Positions 42,250 to 56,300 of a stretch of 64,000 nt of DNA are shown in pieces. How positions within the stretch are numbered: position 1 is the stretch's first letter; the number at the start of each line of letters is the position of its first letter. The notes beneath the pieces are model-generated. The model did no database searches. It was not told the origin of the DNA and saw only the letters and a program-made list of their open reading frames with translations. Location of the stretch: contig CM022671.1 in assembly GCA_012295275.1 (NCBI GenBank), forward strand, positions 29,078,001 to 29,142,000. The letters are read 5' to 3'. This stretch comes from Chrysomallon squamiferum. Lineage: Eukaryota > Animalia > Mollusca. A program made the translations under genes and the position numbers.

Positions 42250-45200
42250 ATATAGATTTGTAAAACAATACAGTAACCTCATAATGTAGGCTTAATTATG
42301 CTTCAAACAGTGACAGATATTTTGTATAAAAATAATATCGGTACATAATTACTGCTGCTATAAATTTAGAGAAAATAATCATATTCAACAACAGTATCTG
42401 TTGGTTTGTTAAAAAAGTCAATAGTTAATATAACAGACCAACGTCACTGCACCAGAGTAAAAACCATTAATGGAAATTATTATCACAAACTATGACAAGA
42501 ATGTACAAAAGTACCTTTGTAAAAGCATATTTTAATGTTGTCCTTTTGGTTATCATAGGTCTTCTTATTTTCTCCTTCCCATCTTCAAACAGTATCAAAG
42601 TAGGCAATTGTTTTGACCAAGAGCTTGTGTTTATATTATATCTGAAGCAAAAATGAAGAAATCAATGTTCCCTTAATGAAACCGCCAGAGATTGTATTTT
42701 AAAAAGAAACCCTTTCCCCATTCAATGACTTCCATGTATATGTCTGGACAAGTTGGAGCATCTCTTGCATCCAGAAGACAACAATGATCATAAAAGTGAT
42801 AAAAAACACATCTTAGGATTAATATGTATCAGTTTTGTCACTGGATCAAGGAGATAAGGTATATGTAAACGAGTTGTTAAAAGAAATATCAAAATCAAAA
42901 AGTATTTGTATCTCTCCACCATTGTTGGCTGAAGCTCAATATTTGGCTATGTGACTTATGACTTGGTTCAGTGTGATGGGTCACATTTTAGTAACATACT
43001 CACTTTTCAGCTACTTTGGGATATTTTGTTATATCTATTTTTCCAAATTTTAAATTGTCAAGACGATACCTACAAAAATAAAACAATTTATTAATAATTA
43101 AATGTTTAAATATACCAATTAATATATTAAACTGTGAAAATGCTATATTAAAATAATGTTATACTGAGTCTTTTATCTAAATTTAAATTATTGCTTTTTG
43201 GGGGATTGTACTTAAATCTTTTTGTCATGTTGCATAGCTTGTATATTACTTTATATAAAATATTTTATAATCTTAGTATTTTTGGATAGATGCAATAAAT
43301 AAATAAATAATGTTAATACTATTTCAGGAAAGGCCTTCAAATTCAAACATTTTAAAATTCTAAATTATTTTTATGTCATGAATGAATAAGCAGATAATAT
43401 TAAAAACATATTTATAATTACCCTGCCGATAATTCTGAAAATACTGATGCAAAACTGACACAAGGTGGTGACCATGCTGCATAAAATGTGATAACCCAAC
43501 GAATCCTTTTATCCCGTTCCAACTCTTCCTGCAAATTCATGAAATTCATTGCATTAGAATTTCCAATAACAAAATAATCAGTGATTTCTTTATCTGTAAC
43601 TGTTTCATTAACATTATACAAATGTTGCATTTTATTTCGAAATGATATTCATGTTAAAATCTAGAAGAAACAAATAGTTATGACTGATACAAATACCAGA
43701 TTTAAAATGTATGACAATAATTCTGCTGATCATTTTACACCTGTCTCAAGTATTCATCCTTTACTAATAATAAAGTATGAAAAACAAGTATAAGCCTGCA
43801 ATGAAGTATGAAAACCATAATTTTCACTACCATGAAATATAATTTTACAAAAAAAAAAAAAAAAGGTAATATAACTGAAAAATTAATAAAAGATTTGCTC
43901 CCTGATTTACTCGATAATGACAAACATATCTAAATATCTATGAGGTATATTTTATTTTTTATTTTTTTTAAATAACAAAACATTGTTGTGACCTACATTT
44001 TAATTAAAACTTACATCCAGATTTGGTCCTCGGAAATATGTGACATACTCAGGACCTTGGTAACATGGCTCTGGTACAAATATGAATTGCACTGAAAAGT
44101 TAAACATGTCAAATCAAAAACACACACAATCATCACCATATAACATTATTTTGTTGCCAGGTATTTGTGCCTGAGTATTGTTTTGTTTTTTTTGTAGTGA
44201 AAATATAGAACTATGCAAAAAATTGATAGAGAGTTAAAAATAGCATTAACTTTACAGTTTAACATTTCTTTCATAATCGACTTCCATTTTCTTTTTCTTA
44301 ATTTACTCCTTGAATTTATTTAGGTTTCTGATGTAAAACATATATACACTCACATATTAATATAACAATTGGTGTCTGACTGTTAGAAGTCTATATAAAT
44401 ATAGGTGTAGGTGAATAAATGTACAACACAAACTAACGTGGTAAATTAAAAACTACTTACTTAAACAAAGCAGTGGATAGATCAAGCCAAGTGTAAAGTT
44501 GTGTTTAAAGAATAAAAATCCATTCAGAACTTTTGCAAACATGCAAGTTGTAGTTACATAGGAGGCAAATGTTGCTAAAAAGAAAAGAAGGAAAAAAGAA
44601 TTATCTGCAGGGTAATTATATATATATATATAAGAATGAAAAATAAAAGACTAAAGTATTTACTAAAGAATTTGTTTTTGTTTTGTTTTATTTTAAAGAA
44701 AGAAATGAATGGTCAACAATTTTCTACTGTTTGGATTAAAAAGAAAATGTATCTTTGTTGTGTTCTAATAAATACTAATAAATACAAATAATGGATGGAA
44801 TATATTGAACATAATGGTTCCTTCAGTTATTCTATTAAATTATTTTTCAGTAAGATTTATAAACATTGATTTGTTATTATTAATTCTTTTTTATTTAATA
44901 ATTACAGCTTGTCTTTAAGTAGACAAACTATTTAAAAGTTTGTATTTGAAATGTATAAAAATAAATGTTAACATTTAATGACAGAGGTAGTTATGCTGTG
45001 ACAATTTCAAGGTTTAAAACAAATATTTATTACTTTGTTTTCTGTTTTTCAACACAATGACACATCCTAAAAATGTCAGGTATTCCCATTCTTTCTGAAA
45101 ATAAAAATAAAAATATTAATCATTTGATAGTACATTGCAGCCATGTTAACTCAGAAAACTTTGAAAAGGCATCATATTCATAAAATATTTAATATTTAAC

Positions 45201-45795
45201 TGTGATTTTAATACTTGTTTTACTTTTATTTGTACATATTCTAAGAATGTTTTAAATAAATAAATAAATAATAATGTAAAAAAAAAAGGTTTGCACTGTA
45301 CTTCTTATTTTATTATTTGGCAACCCAGGAAAAAAAATTAAAATATTAATATTAACAGAGCTTACTAACTGTTTTTATACCAATATTTTTAAATTATGCT
45401 TCTAAATTCTAATTTCATCTAATTATCTTGTAAGTTATTGTTGTTAGTTCATATTTTGAAAGCTTAATTAAAGACGCTACTAATATATCATTTCACACTT
45501 TGTTTTCTACATGGAATAAGAAATATTACTGATTTAAATCTTGTCTGGACATCATTAGACTAGCTAACAAATTAATCAATTTAATGAAATTTGAAGTCCA
45601 CCTTGAAAATCTTAGACTCGAAGATTCATACTAAGATTAAAAACTTACAAGATCCAATTCACAGTCATGGAATAAAACATCACAAGCAAATGGTAACTTT
45701 TTTAAAATAAAAAATAAGAGAGATAGAAAAATACTGCAGATGTAATATGGAATTAGAATGCTCGCCAGTGCTTTCTTAATTGTTTTCATGTCCAT
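41903..45795 (-). CDS. TMX2: Thioredoxin-related transmembrane protein 2 (about 264 aa)
   Basis: Exons in gene order: 45795-45649, 45094-45034, 44574-44461, 44091-44015, 43528-43422, 43069-43004, 42641-42515, 41998-41903 (795 nt). Motifs: [50 protein letters not shown] (SxxC), [23 protein letters not shown], and C-terminal KKEQ (KKxx ER retrieval). Confidence 0.93.
42179..42246. repeat. (GA)n microsatellite
   Basis: Direct reading. Confidence 0.9.
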
Positions 45796-45799
45796 GTTG

Positions 45800-46200
45800 G
45801 CTGTAAATTCCGGAAGTAGATGCGCACACTCGGGATGAAAATAAATAAACAAACCATAGGCAAATCTAAAAGTCAAATTCGGACATCGTTATGGGATAAT
45901 TACACCAAAAGACGAAACAGAAAACTCGACAACGAAAGCAAATATATATATATAAAGTAATAAAATGCATAACACCGAGCATATATATATTACTGACCAT
46001 ATATGTATATAATACTGACGGAACAGAAAACTCAGCAATAAAAGCAAATATATATATATATTTAAAATATATATAATACCGAACATGTATATAATACTGA
46101 CCATATAGTTCTGAACATCGTCGATTAAATATTAACGGAGCGGACCGCAGCAGTGGATTACACCCATGTCAATCATGCCATAGAACTGTAGTTTAAACAT
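45800..46200. promoter_or_regulatory. Probable bidirectional promoter for TMX2 (-) and DNAJC24 (+)
   Basis: The two genes are head-to-head with ATGs about 850 bp apart; CpG-enriched; ETS motif CCGGAAGT at 45810-45817; an acceptor (TTGTAG|G) near 46484 implies a DNAJC24 5'UTR exon in this interval. Confidence 0.55.
45915..46108. repeat. Diverged tandem duplication of about 105 bp in the TMX2/DNAJC24 intergenic region
   Basis: AACAGAAAACTC..CAA..AAAGCAAATATATATAT...ACCGA.CAT.TATA..TACTGACCATAT occurs twice. Confidence 0.75.
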
Positions 46201-46640
46201 ATTCTTGTAGCATTAACTAAAAATACCTATGTTTACGTCTTAAAAACCAGCATCTTAGTTAGGCCAAGATATTCATTTAAATGCGATCTGTAAAATGAGC
46301 GGTCATTAATGACCATTATTCAATTTATTGCATTAATACTTTATAGGGTTAAATTTCACAGCTCTACGTTATAATAATTATCATTTTGTTCACAACTTTC
46401 GTCTCTGCATTGTAATTTAGCCTTTAAGATATGAATTATTATTAGTAGTAGTAGTAGTAGTAGTAGTTTTGTTGCTGTTTGTAGGTGGTCGAGACTACAT
46501 TTGAATATATTTATTAAATATCCGTAGAAGATATCCTTGCTCTAATTCGTGTTTTAATTCGCCTCTTAAGTCGAAGGAATGAATGCATATTGATATTTGT
46601 CGTGTCTTTGTTTGGAATATTTGCGTACAAATGTTGAAAT

Positions 46641-47096
46641 ATGGAGGATCTTTACGCCGTGTTAAACTGTACAGAAAAGGCTTCATTAAATGATTTAAGA
46701 AAATCGTATTTAGAATTATCAAGGAAATACCATCCAGATAAAGCGGAACAAAATGAAGACCCTGACAAAATATCCACGAAGACTGAGTCTACTGCTATAG
46801 ACGTCAGCACAAATAATTTTATTCGTTTACATCGAGCATGGAAAATATTAAGTGATACCGAACTAAGAAAAGAGTACGATGCCCGATGGAAACAGCGCTG
46901 TTTAGCCCAAGAATGGCCAGTTCATGATAATGTTCACATTGACGAATTTGACGATTCGCCTGAAGAAAACGGTTTTATTTATGAATGTAAATGTGGTGGC
47001 ATTTATTTTTTGTCCCAAAGTGATACGGACTTTCATTTTGACATTGTATGTTGTGATACATGTTCATTGAGTATACGTGTGCGATATGATAAATAA
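46641..47096 (+). CDS. DNAJC24: DnaJ homolog subfamily C member 24 (DPH4, diphthamide biosynthesis), 151 aa, CDS in a single exon
   Basis: J domain (DLYAVL...KYHPDK...AWKILSDTELRKEYD) followed by a CSL zinc finger (YECKCGG...CCDTCSLSIRV). Confidence 0.95.
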   Translation: MEDLYAVLNCTEKASLNDLRKSYLELSRKYHPDKAEQNEDPDKISTKTESTAIDVSTNNFIRLHRAWKILSDTELRKEYDARWKQRCLAQEWPVHDNVHIDEFDDSPEENGFIYECKCGGIYFLSQSDTDFHFDIVCCDTCSLSIRVRYDK

Positions 47097-47149
47097 ACTG
47101 CTAATGTCTGTTATTCAAAGTCAAAAAGACAAGTTTCATATATCAAGTG

Positions 47150-47152
<3 letters not shown>

Positions 47153-47243
<91 letters not shown>
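47153..47243. repeat. (CT)n microsatellite about 57 bp after the DNAJC24 stop codon
   Basis: Direct reading. Confidence 0.9.
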
Positions 47244-47245
<2 letters not shown>

Positions 47246-47857
47246 ATTACAAAATACAGTAAACTTTAACCATATGGAATATACATATGATACATATAAT
47301 ATTATGCATATATATAATAGATAAATAAATCAAATGTGCGGTTTTCAAGCTTGTGCATTAATTCCTGTTTGTAATTGCCATTACTATGCAAACTTTTTGA
47401 TTAATGAAATGTTATACTGAAGAGAAAGCAACGGATGATGTCCCGTTTATAACTGATTAATAATTTTTAGTTGCTTTTATCTATGAAAGCAAAAAAATAT
47501 TGTTATTGTTAAAAAATTATGTTTGCAGTGTCTGAGCTAAATAAGTTACAAAGATACAAAACTTTTACAAAAAGCAGTGCATCCATGAAAAAAAGACGAA
47601 GAAAAGATAGTACTAAATTTATTGTAAGAGTATTATTTTTTTTTCTCCTGAGTGGCATGATAGTAAGAAAAATAAAAAAGCAAAAAGGTATTAAACGTGT
47701 TTATATAAAACTTGTTGTTGTTTTTTGTCGCATTTTTTTCAGTATTTTTGAATTAGGATATAAAAGTTTTATAATTAGAAATGCATTGGCTCGAGCTCTA
47801 AATATATTAAAATATTAGTATGACGCGATCACATAATTTAAACAAAAAACTAATCAC

Positions 47858-47899
<42 letters not shown>

Positions 47900-47949
47900 T
47901 ATATTTAAAAAAAAAAAAAAAAAAAATTTACAACATAAGAAGAAACATA

Positions 47950-48120
47950 ACTCTAACGGTGCCAAGTCACTATCCTAGAGGCCAATCACAATCTCACAGC
48001 TACTATCCAGAGTTACCTCCTTTACGTAACTGACAAACAAATTTTTAAGTATTAATTTTTGTTATATACTGATTTTGAGCTTGGACCACTGAACTTTTTA
48101 TAATAACATATTTTCCGGTA
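47950..48120 (+). promoter_or_regulatory. Candidate promoter and non-coding first exon of the ADAD-like gene
   Basis: CCAAT box (GGCCAATCA, 47980-47988), MYB-like TAACGGT (47954-47960), bZIP palindrome TTACGTAA (48022-48029), donor CCG|GTATGT near 48118, and an acceptor near 48822 before the ATG. Confidence 0.4.
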
Positions 48121-48533
48121 TGTATAATAAAAACATATTCAAGAAGATTTTTGTTTTAGTCATTTGTAGTTGTCGTTTAGGGACAGATCTTGATTCAAAT
48201 TAATAATTCTCCCATCCGCTATCGAAACATCGTTCTTCGACGATTAGAATAATTTGTTACTAATTAATATTTTAAACAGATTTTTTGTATAAAAACATTA
48301 AGAATATAAAGAAATGCTGAATTTTTGTTGTTTTTTAAAAATATTTTTGTTAAATTTTTATAAAAGTCGTATTTCAATTTTGTATTATAGACATTTTTCG
48401 CTCCATAGCATGATGAAAAGCTAAAAGAGTATAAGGGAGTGTTATAAAATGGACTTCAGTTTTATTAAGAATTTCATTATCACAACTATAAACATAACTA
48501 AACAATTATTAAGCTTTTAATTATTTATTTATT

Positions 48534-48635
<102 letters not shown>

Positions 48636-48856
48636 TCATATTAAAAAAACAAACAAATACGAAAACATCAAACAGAAAAAAAAAGAGAAAAAAATCATAT
48701 AGAAAAGTGCCTAGATCACTCACAAATATACATGCACACATTCCCATCAAAATTGATATGAATCCCAAATGCAGTTTTCACCCATTCAGTATATCACAGC
48801 TAATTTCTCATTTTAAACGTAGGTATTTTTCTGTTGACTGAGTAACAGCTGTCCAA

Positions 48857-50016
48857 ATGGAGGATTCAGAGTTTCAACATCCTTCAGCTTCAAAAGCATT
48901 TGAAAATGTACAGAAGTCATATCAGAAAAAGTTATCACAAGTCCAAAAGACCAAATCAAATTACATTCCAGGTATATATTTCTGCATTGTATTATATTTT
49001 CATTATTTAGAATATTTTTTTAAAACTACTAAATTATTATTGTTATGGTTGTTATTGCTACCAATTTATCAATAATTTATTCTGACGATAGGAATGAACT
49101 TTTTAATTAAAGAAAAATTTCAATTTTTTGTTATTCAAAAATATATATTTTAATGATCAGAATTAAATTTTAAAATATTAATTTTAATATTTCATAAATA
49201 AAAAAAATAAAAAAATATAAACTGAATATCTGCGTGTGTGTGTGTGTATCTGGGACACAAAATTGAAAAATTTACAAGATACATACATACATGCATACAC
49301 CTATACTTACATACATATATTTATTTACTGCAACATTACCACAGGACTAACACCCCGGCCTTATGATCCTTCACCTTCTGAACCAGAACCAGCAGCACAG
49401 ATGCCAGCTGCAAATGCTGAGCCAAAAACTGTTCCACAAGAACTTGTACAGAATTTTCTGTCTGGTAAAAAACACCCAATCAGTTGTCTGATGGAATATG
49501 CTGCACTGATGAGGTACCAAGTGAAATTTCAAGAAGTTGCTGTGGACGTGTACTCTATATGTGCAAAATTTGCATCAATGTGTACAATGGATGGCGTGAA
49601 TTACCCACAGGGAGTTGGCAAAACCAAAAAAGAAGCAAAGACAAATGCAGCCAAAATTGCATTTGCTATGGTTTTGGGCTTAAATCAAGATGAAATTGAA
49701 AATGAAGGTTTGTTATTTAAATTCTACTGAAACAAAAAAGAAGAAAAATCGCCTAATGATTTTTGTATGCTTCAAGTCACAGTTTTATTTTGCTAATGGC
49801 AGTCAACCTTTGATAATAATAAAATGTAATTGTAACAAAATTAAGCCCATTGGTTCATTCATGTGCTAGATGTGAACAGAAATGTAAAACAATTCTTCAG
49901 ATTTAGGATATAGTGACTTTAAAACGATTTACTCAGTGTTATATGTCTAATTTTTCAATTTTTTATTATTATTATTTTTAATTTATTTAGAATTTTTAAA
50001 ATTATTATTACTACTT

Positions 50017-50047
<31 letters not shown>

Positions 50048-53000
50048 TTATTTTAACTATTTTTGTCGTTTTGGTGCAAAACGTTGGTTTTATTTCATTA
50101 GACTTTCAATAAATTAATTTTTACAAAAAAAAAAGAATAAATAAATAAATAAAAATAGGTATGTCCTGCCTATTTATTAAATCATTTTATTTCATGTATA
50201 TGTAGATTTGTGCATGCAACACAGACACTGTATTTTCTTCTCTTGAAAATTCAATTTATTTTTGCTTCTAAGATATATTTAACATAATGATTGAAATCCT
50301 CTATTTGCCCTTGTTTTTAATACACATTAATTTTCCATTATGATTTACATTTGTTTCTGTAGAATCGGGAACATTTCAGTATGATGCTATGGGTAGAAGA
50401 CTTTTTATTCCTACGGATGGAGTTTCCAAGCCAGTGGTTGCACACTCAGTCGTGATGCCTCAAGATATGCCAATGATGGCAGCTGCTCCAGAATCTCAAG
50501 AATACAATCCTGTAGTCCTGCTGCAGAATTTCTGTACCAGGTGCAGGATTCCTTTTTCTATAACAGTTGAAGATGATATTGGACCTTATGGGTGAGTAGT
50601 TGTGTTCATGAATATTTTATTCTTTCTATGTTTCACTTCTTTTTATTGTTTTTCTTTCTTGTCTTTCCATATTTCTTCTTTCTTTTTTTTTATTCTTTTG
50701 TTTCTCTCTCTGTCTCTCATTCTCTCTTTTCTTTCTCTAAACTTTTTCTTTCCTTTGCTTTTCTGTACAGTAAATATTGTAAAAGACTGATTTATTCTGC
50801 TTATTTAGTTTCTACAAAAATTTATATCACAATTCTAAGTCAAAAGGTGTTCATAGTTATGACAAATATTTTTATGTGCAGAGGTGATGGAATTTTAGAT
50901 GTACTGAAAGCATATTTAAATTTTTTTAAACTTTTAATACAATTATTTGTTTTATTTTATTTTTAGAATATTTAAGTAAAGTAACTCATTGGAACAGGTG
51001 AAAAGATTGGCTTTATTGATGACTTGTCTGAAAACATTTGAAATACTTTATAATTATTCATAGCTTCAGGGGTATGTGCTGAGATCATGTTATAAGATAT
51101 TCTTTATTATTACATGTAGATATTATGCCGAAGTTAAAGTTCGCAGTGAGAAACTTGTAGAAGTTTATGCTAAAACGAAAAAAGATGCAAAACGCCAGGC
51201 AGCTGAAGAAGCACTGGAAATACTCATGAAAACAGAAAAGGTGAAGTTAACAGCAACTGTAATTAAAACTACTGCTAATATTTTCAAACAGAAAATTCTT
51301 TCTGCAGAACATAGTGGATCACGATGAAACTGAATGATAAGATAAATCCTCATTTAATGACGTATAAAAACCTTTTATGTTAACAGTTATCTCACTTGCC
51401 CCCTTCTCTCTCTCTGTCTCACTCTGTTTCTTTTTGTTTCTTTCTCTTAAAGAGGAAACCTGAATTTATGTATTATTATCTTTTGTTTTTGAGAAAGTCA
51501 CTGCTTTTGTAACACAGTTGCAAATAATCTTTTAAATGCAAAAATGGACATGACATGGATTTTGATACTTAATTTACATGTCTCTATAATATAGTTTTAT
51601 TAAATATTTTGCCTCCATTCAGATAAAACCTAAACATGCTGAGAACATTTGTTTTTTCAGATTGAGGTAGATGAAATGGCCAGCATGTCAGATCCAGATC
51701 GTATAGCCACACTGGCCTACAATAAACTGTTTGGATCTCTCGAAGTTGTGCCAGACCTTTATGCTATCAAGAAAACATTTGCTGCTTTTATTGTAAAGCA
51801 CAGTATGTAGAAATTAACACCATTTTATGCTGATTCAAAGAATATTAATTTTTAGAAAGTTAAAAAAAACAAAAAACCACAGAAGACAAATGATAACTTA
51901 ATCTGCCTAGTATCTGAAAGTTTACATAAACAAATTATATGTAATAAATGGTATCTTTTATTTATTTATTTACTTTTGTTTTGTTTTGTTTGTTTGTTTG
52001 TTTGTTTGTTTGTTTGTTTGTTGTTTTTGTTATTATTTTTAATTTTTATCATCATTATTATATTATTATTATTATTATTTTTTTTTTATTTTTTATTACT
52101 TATTCCTAAAAAAAAAACACCCAAAAATAACTAATTTTATCTCATGTTATTCTGAAGTACAGCACATAATTTATTAATTAACTGTACATTAAATTCTCAC
52201 AGCGGAGACAGATTATGGAGAAGTCGTAGCATTTGGAACTGGAAACTGCAGTCTTTCATCAGAAAAATTAACTAACGACGGGCGATCTCTGTTAGACTGC
52301 ACTGCTGTCACAATGGCTCACAGAGCTTTGTTGAAGTGGGTTGATTTCTTTATTCACTACTTCAGTTACATGTGTAACTTATGTCCCGAACAAGATTATT
52401 CATCATCCTGTATAATAATTTCATTACTCTTTAAGATTAGAACAAAAAATATTTGTTATCCCCAGATCTTCTGTGATACAGATAGCTTTGGGTTAGTGAT
52501 TAGATTGTTTTACAACTCTGTTTTATTGAAAGGTAGTTTAATTGTACATCTTTTTGTTTTTGTTTAATGTTGTTAAATTTGTTAGAGTATCCACTGCAAG
52601 ACATTAGAGCATATTACTGTATACAAATTTTAATCTTAATCTTAATCTTAATCATTTTAATTTTATTTTATTTTATTTTATTTTATTTTATTTTATTTTA
52701 TTTTATTTTTGTTATTTTCAGATACTTTTACAAAGAAATGAAGAGGCACTATGAAGGTGGAAAAGTTCTGTCAATATTTGCACCAGGGTCAGCACCAGAC
52801 CATCTGCAGTTGAAAAAAGACACAACAATACATCTGTACCTCAGTGAGCCACCAGATGGAGATTATGGTCTGTTTGCTGACCAGTACGTTTCTAAACTGA
52901 AAACCTTCTTTCCTGATGTCTATTATAGCTTTTTTCATTAATAATACTTTTTATGATTTGGAGTAATTCATTTTGTTTTAACTATAATTCTATAAAGATA

Positions 53001-53317
53001 ATATTGTTATTCTCCTAATATTTCGTTTCCTATTAACAAAATAATGTGTCTTGAAAGCCTCTTTTCATTTTTTTAAATTAATTAACAAACTTGTTTTAAA
53101 ATCTTTTTCCCCTGAGTAGGACCCATTATATTTTGACTGGGAAAGAGAAAGAAGTGAACAAAATTGAGACTTCATACAGGGTTTCTTGAAAACAAATTTA
53201 AAAATAGATTTTTATCACAGTGACATATGTAATTCTGAAATATGAAATACTTTTCAATGTAAATTTGGCTGGCACAAACTTGCAGATTTATTGATTGCTG
53301 TAAATATCTTCTTTTAC

Positions 53318-53358
<41 letters not shown>

Positions 53359-56300
53359 GGGTGAAAATAGAAATAACGTCATACTTTTAAAGTTTTCTTT
53401 ACTTTTAAAATTATCATAACTTTGGATTAATTTTAAATGTGTAAATAACCGTGATTACAAAAAATACATTTTCAGGCCATCGCCCAAGCTTAGTGCAGAA
53501 AATGAGGAACTGATAAAAAAAGGTGCACACTTTCCTTCATTTGAAAATGAGGCGAATGGATTTTTATGTGTAAAACATGATGATGGTGGGTATTAAAATT
53601 GTTAACAGTATTAAATGTAGTTTTACATATTTGTCAATTTTACTGGTTTTCTCTGTAATCTATTTAAAGCCAATTTGTTCAGGTTTTTTTCTTTCATGTC
53701 TGTGAATGTTGAAATCTTTTTACAAAGCTTACTAAACTCATCACTATAAAAACAGAGAATAAAAAAATAAAGAAAGTGCGCTTGAGTGAAATTTCAATTT
53801 TGTTAGTTAAGAATGCTTATATTAAATCATATTGCAGTAATATACTTACATCTCAGATGTCAAGGAACCACAAAAATTATTTTCATGTAAATGTTAGTTT
53901 AATTAATTACTGGTTAATATTAACTTTCATTCTGGGAGATGCCTGTGGCTGTACAGTAAAGATTTCACTAAGCCATGATAGCCCATGTTGTCATATTTTG
54001 GTCTGTATTTCTCTTTATGTGGCATGATACATATAAAAAAAAAATCTTTCACATTATCAGAACCCATAGATTTGTTTGATTACCAAAATAACCACTAACA
54101 TTAAATGTTCTGAGCATCTGATTGTCAGTGATTGTGTTTCTTCAGGTCTGGCCACGGCAGTGACAGGAGATGAAAAACTGCTTCAAACTTTAGAGTCTTT
54201 ACAATATGGAGAGGATGTCCTGATCATGTCAGCCAGTGATAAGATTTTAAAGTGGAACATTCTCGGACTACAGAGTGCAATATTTAGTCACTTCCTCGAC
54301 CCAATTTACCTGTCTTCAATAACAGTTGGTATGTGTCTAAAGTACAGGTTGAGAATCCCTTATCCAAAATGCTTGGGAGCAGAAGTGTTTTAGATTTTGG
54401 AAAAAAGGAGATAGCCTGAGAATAGGATCTCAGTCTAAATAATGATTCCATTTATATTTCATATAGGACTTGTACAAATGGTTTGCATAATTTGTTACAT
54501 AATATTTATATTAATTTTGTGCATAAAATAAAGGTTGTATAGGCAAAACAATCCAATAAATGTAAGTAATCATTATGGAGCATGCTGGAACTTTGGAAAG
54601 GGATTCTCAATCTATATAAATGTTTTCATTCATCTGTAAAATGATATTAATAATTTTTTTTTTTTTTTCTATATTCTAATAACGTTTTCATAAATTACAC
54701 CATTATTCAGTATTTAATTTTGTTCTTAAATTCACATTTTTTTCAGTTAAAGTATCATCTTTGGTGTTAAAAAAACAAATGTGAAACACTGTATTAAAAA
54801 AATATATTTGTTATTTTTGTCCTCTATTGTATCTTCTTTTTTTCATAATACTTGAACTAGAAACTTTTAAACAATTTACACATGTACTATTTTGCAATAA
54901 AGATTTAAAAAAAAAAAAAAAAAAAAAAAAATTAAATTAAAAAAAAAACAATAAAGTTATTATATGTTTATTATGAACAGGCTCAAAGTTTGACCACGGC
55001 CACTTTTGTCGAGCAGTCTGTTGCCGAGTATACAATGTTTTAGAAGAATCGTTGCCCCACCCCTACAAAATCAACCACCCCAGACTGAACCCAGTGAGTC
55101 TGCCCTTTAGTAGCATGTACCCTGATGGCACACACTCCACCTCTCTCTGTATCAATTGGTCAGATGGTGATGAACAGCTGGAGGTTATTGAGGGATTCTC
55201 AGGACGTGCAGCTCCAATGTAAGTGTTCCAGATTTGAACAGTGATTTTTCACTGCTAAAATTATTCCAGTTAGTGTCATAACACTGATATTAGTTTATCA
55301 CTTTCATAAATAATATAGTAGTACCTGTTTTATTGTGACAACATCATATTAGGGTGTGGCTTTAAGCAAACCGCGAATTTGTTGATACTACAAAACACTT
55401 TTGTTGTCTTTAAAAAAAACATCACTGACATATTAGCTGTCAGTTAAGAACATAATTAGGACATTTACTTTACTTTAAATGGATTTAGTAAAAAGAACAA
55501 ATGAATTGTATACATTTATATATTTTATTTTTAATGTAAAATGAATCACTGATAAATCATAGTTTCAAATAGTTTGCTGGGTTATCAGGGGGTTTTTTTT
55601 AAAGTTTTTTACTGTTTCTCTTTAAATTTATTATTTATTTGTATTTTTTAAGTAAAGTATGTTAACATCAAACTTTTATTATTTTTTATTGTTTTTTTTT
55701 TTTTAATTTATGTATTTTCATTTTTGCATTTATTATAAAATTTAATATTCATATTTTATTATTTTGTTTTCATATTCAGTTCACTTTTTTTTTTGCATTT
55801 TCGCATTTATTTTTTTATCTGTCATCTATTATTCATTATTATGTTATTAACCATTGTGTACTTACATCTTCATTCTACCACAGTAAACCTCGCCTAAGTC
55901 GTCAATGTCCGTAAGTCGTCGCCTTATCGGAAGTCTCGATTTTCTGTAACGTTATATCCAATAAAATATCCCCGTCTAAGTCATCAAATCTAAGTCGTTA
56001 CCTGACTGTTGGTCTCAAGTAACAAAAACCATAGTGAATTTCAAGCTCTAATTCGTCAATGGGAAATCCATCGAAACAGTCTGGCACAATTTATTCGCTG
56101 TCTTAAACTATTGGCATGGATGTAGACGGGCGCTGTGCGCAGACTATTGATACGCACATGACTCGACTCGTGCATGGGCGTGTTGAATTAACATATTATT
56201 TTAGAAAGCGGCGCTCACGATAGTAACTGTTTCAGGGTAGGAAATGGCGACTAGCGGAAAGAGAGGGCTAAATATCAGGATTTACATGGAGAAGTATGAA

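Noticed and set aside
43422-43528. SPPC instead of CxxC in the thioredoxin domain as a novelty
   Set aside because: SxxC is the normal TMX2 signature.
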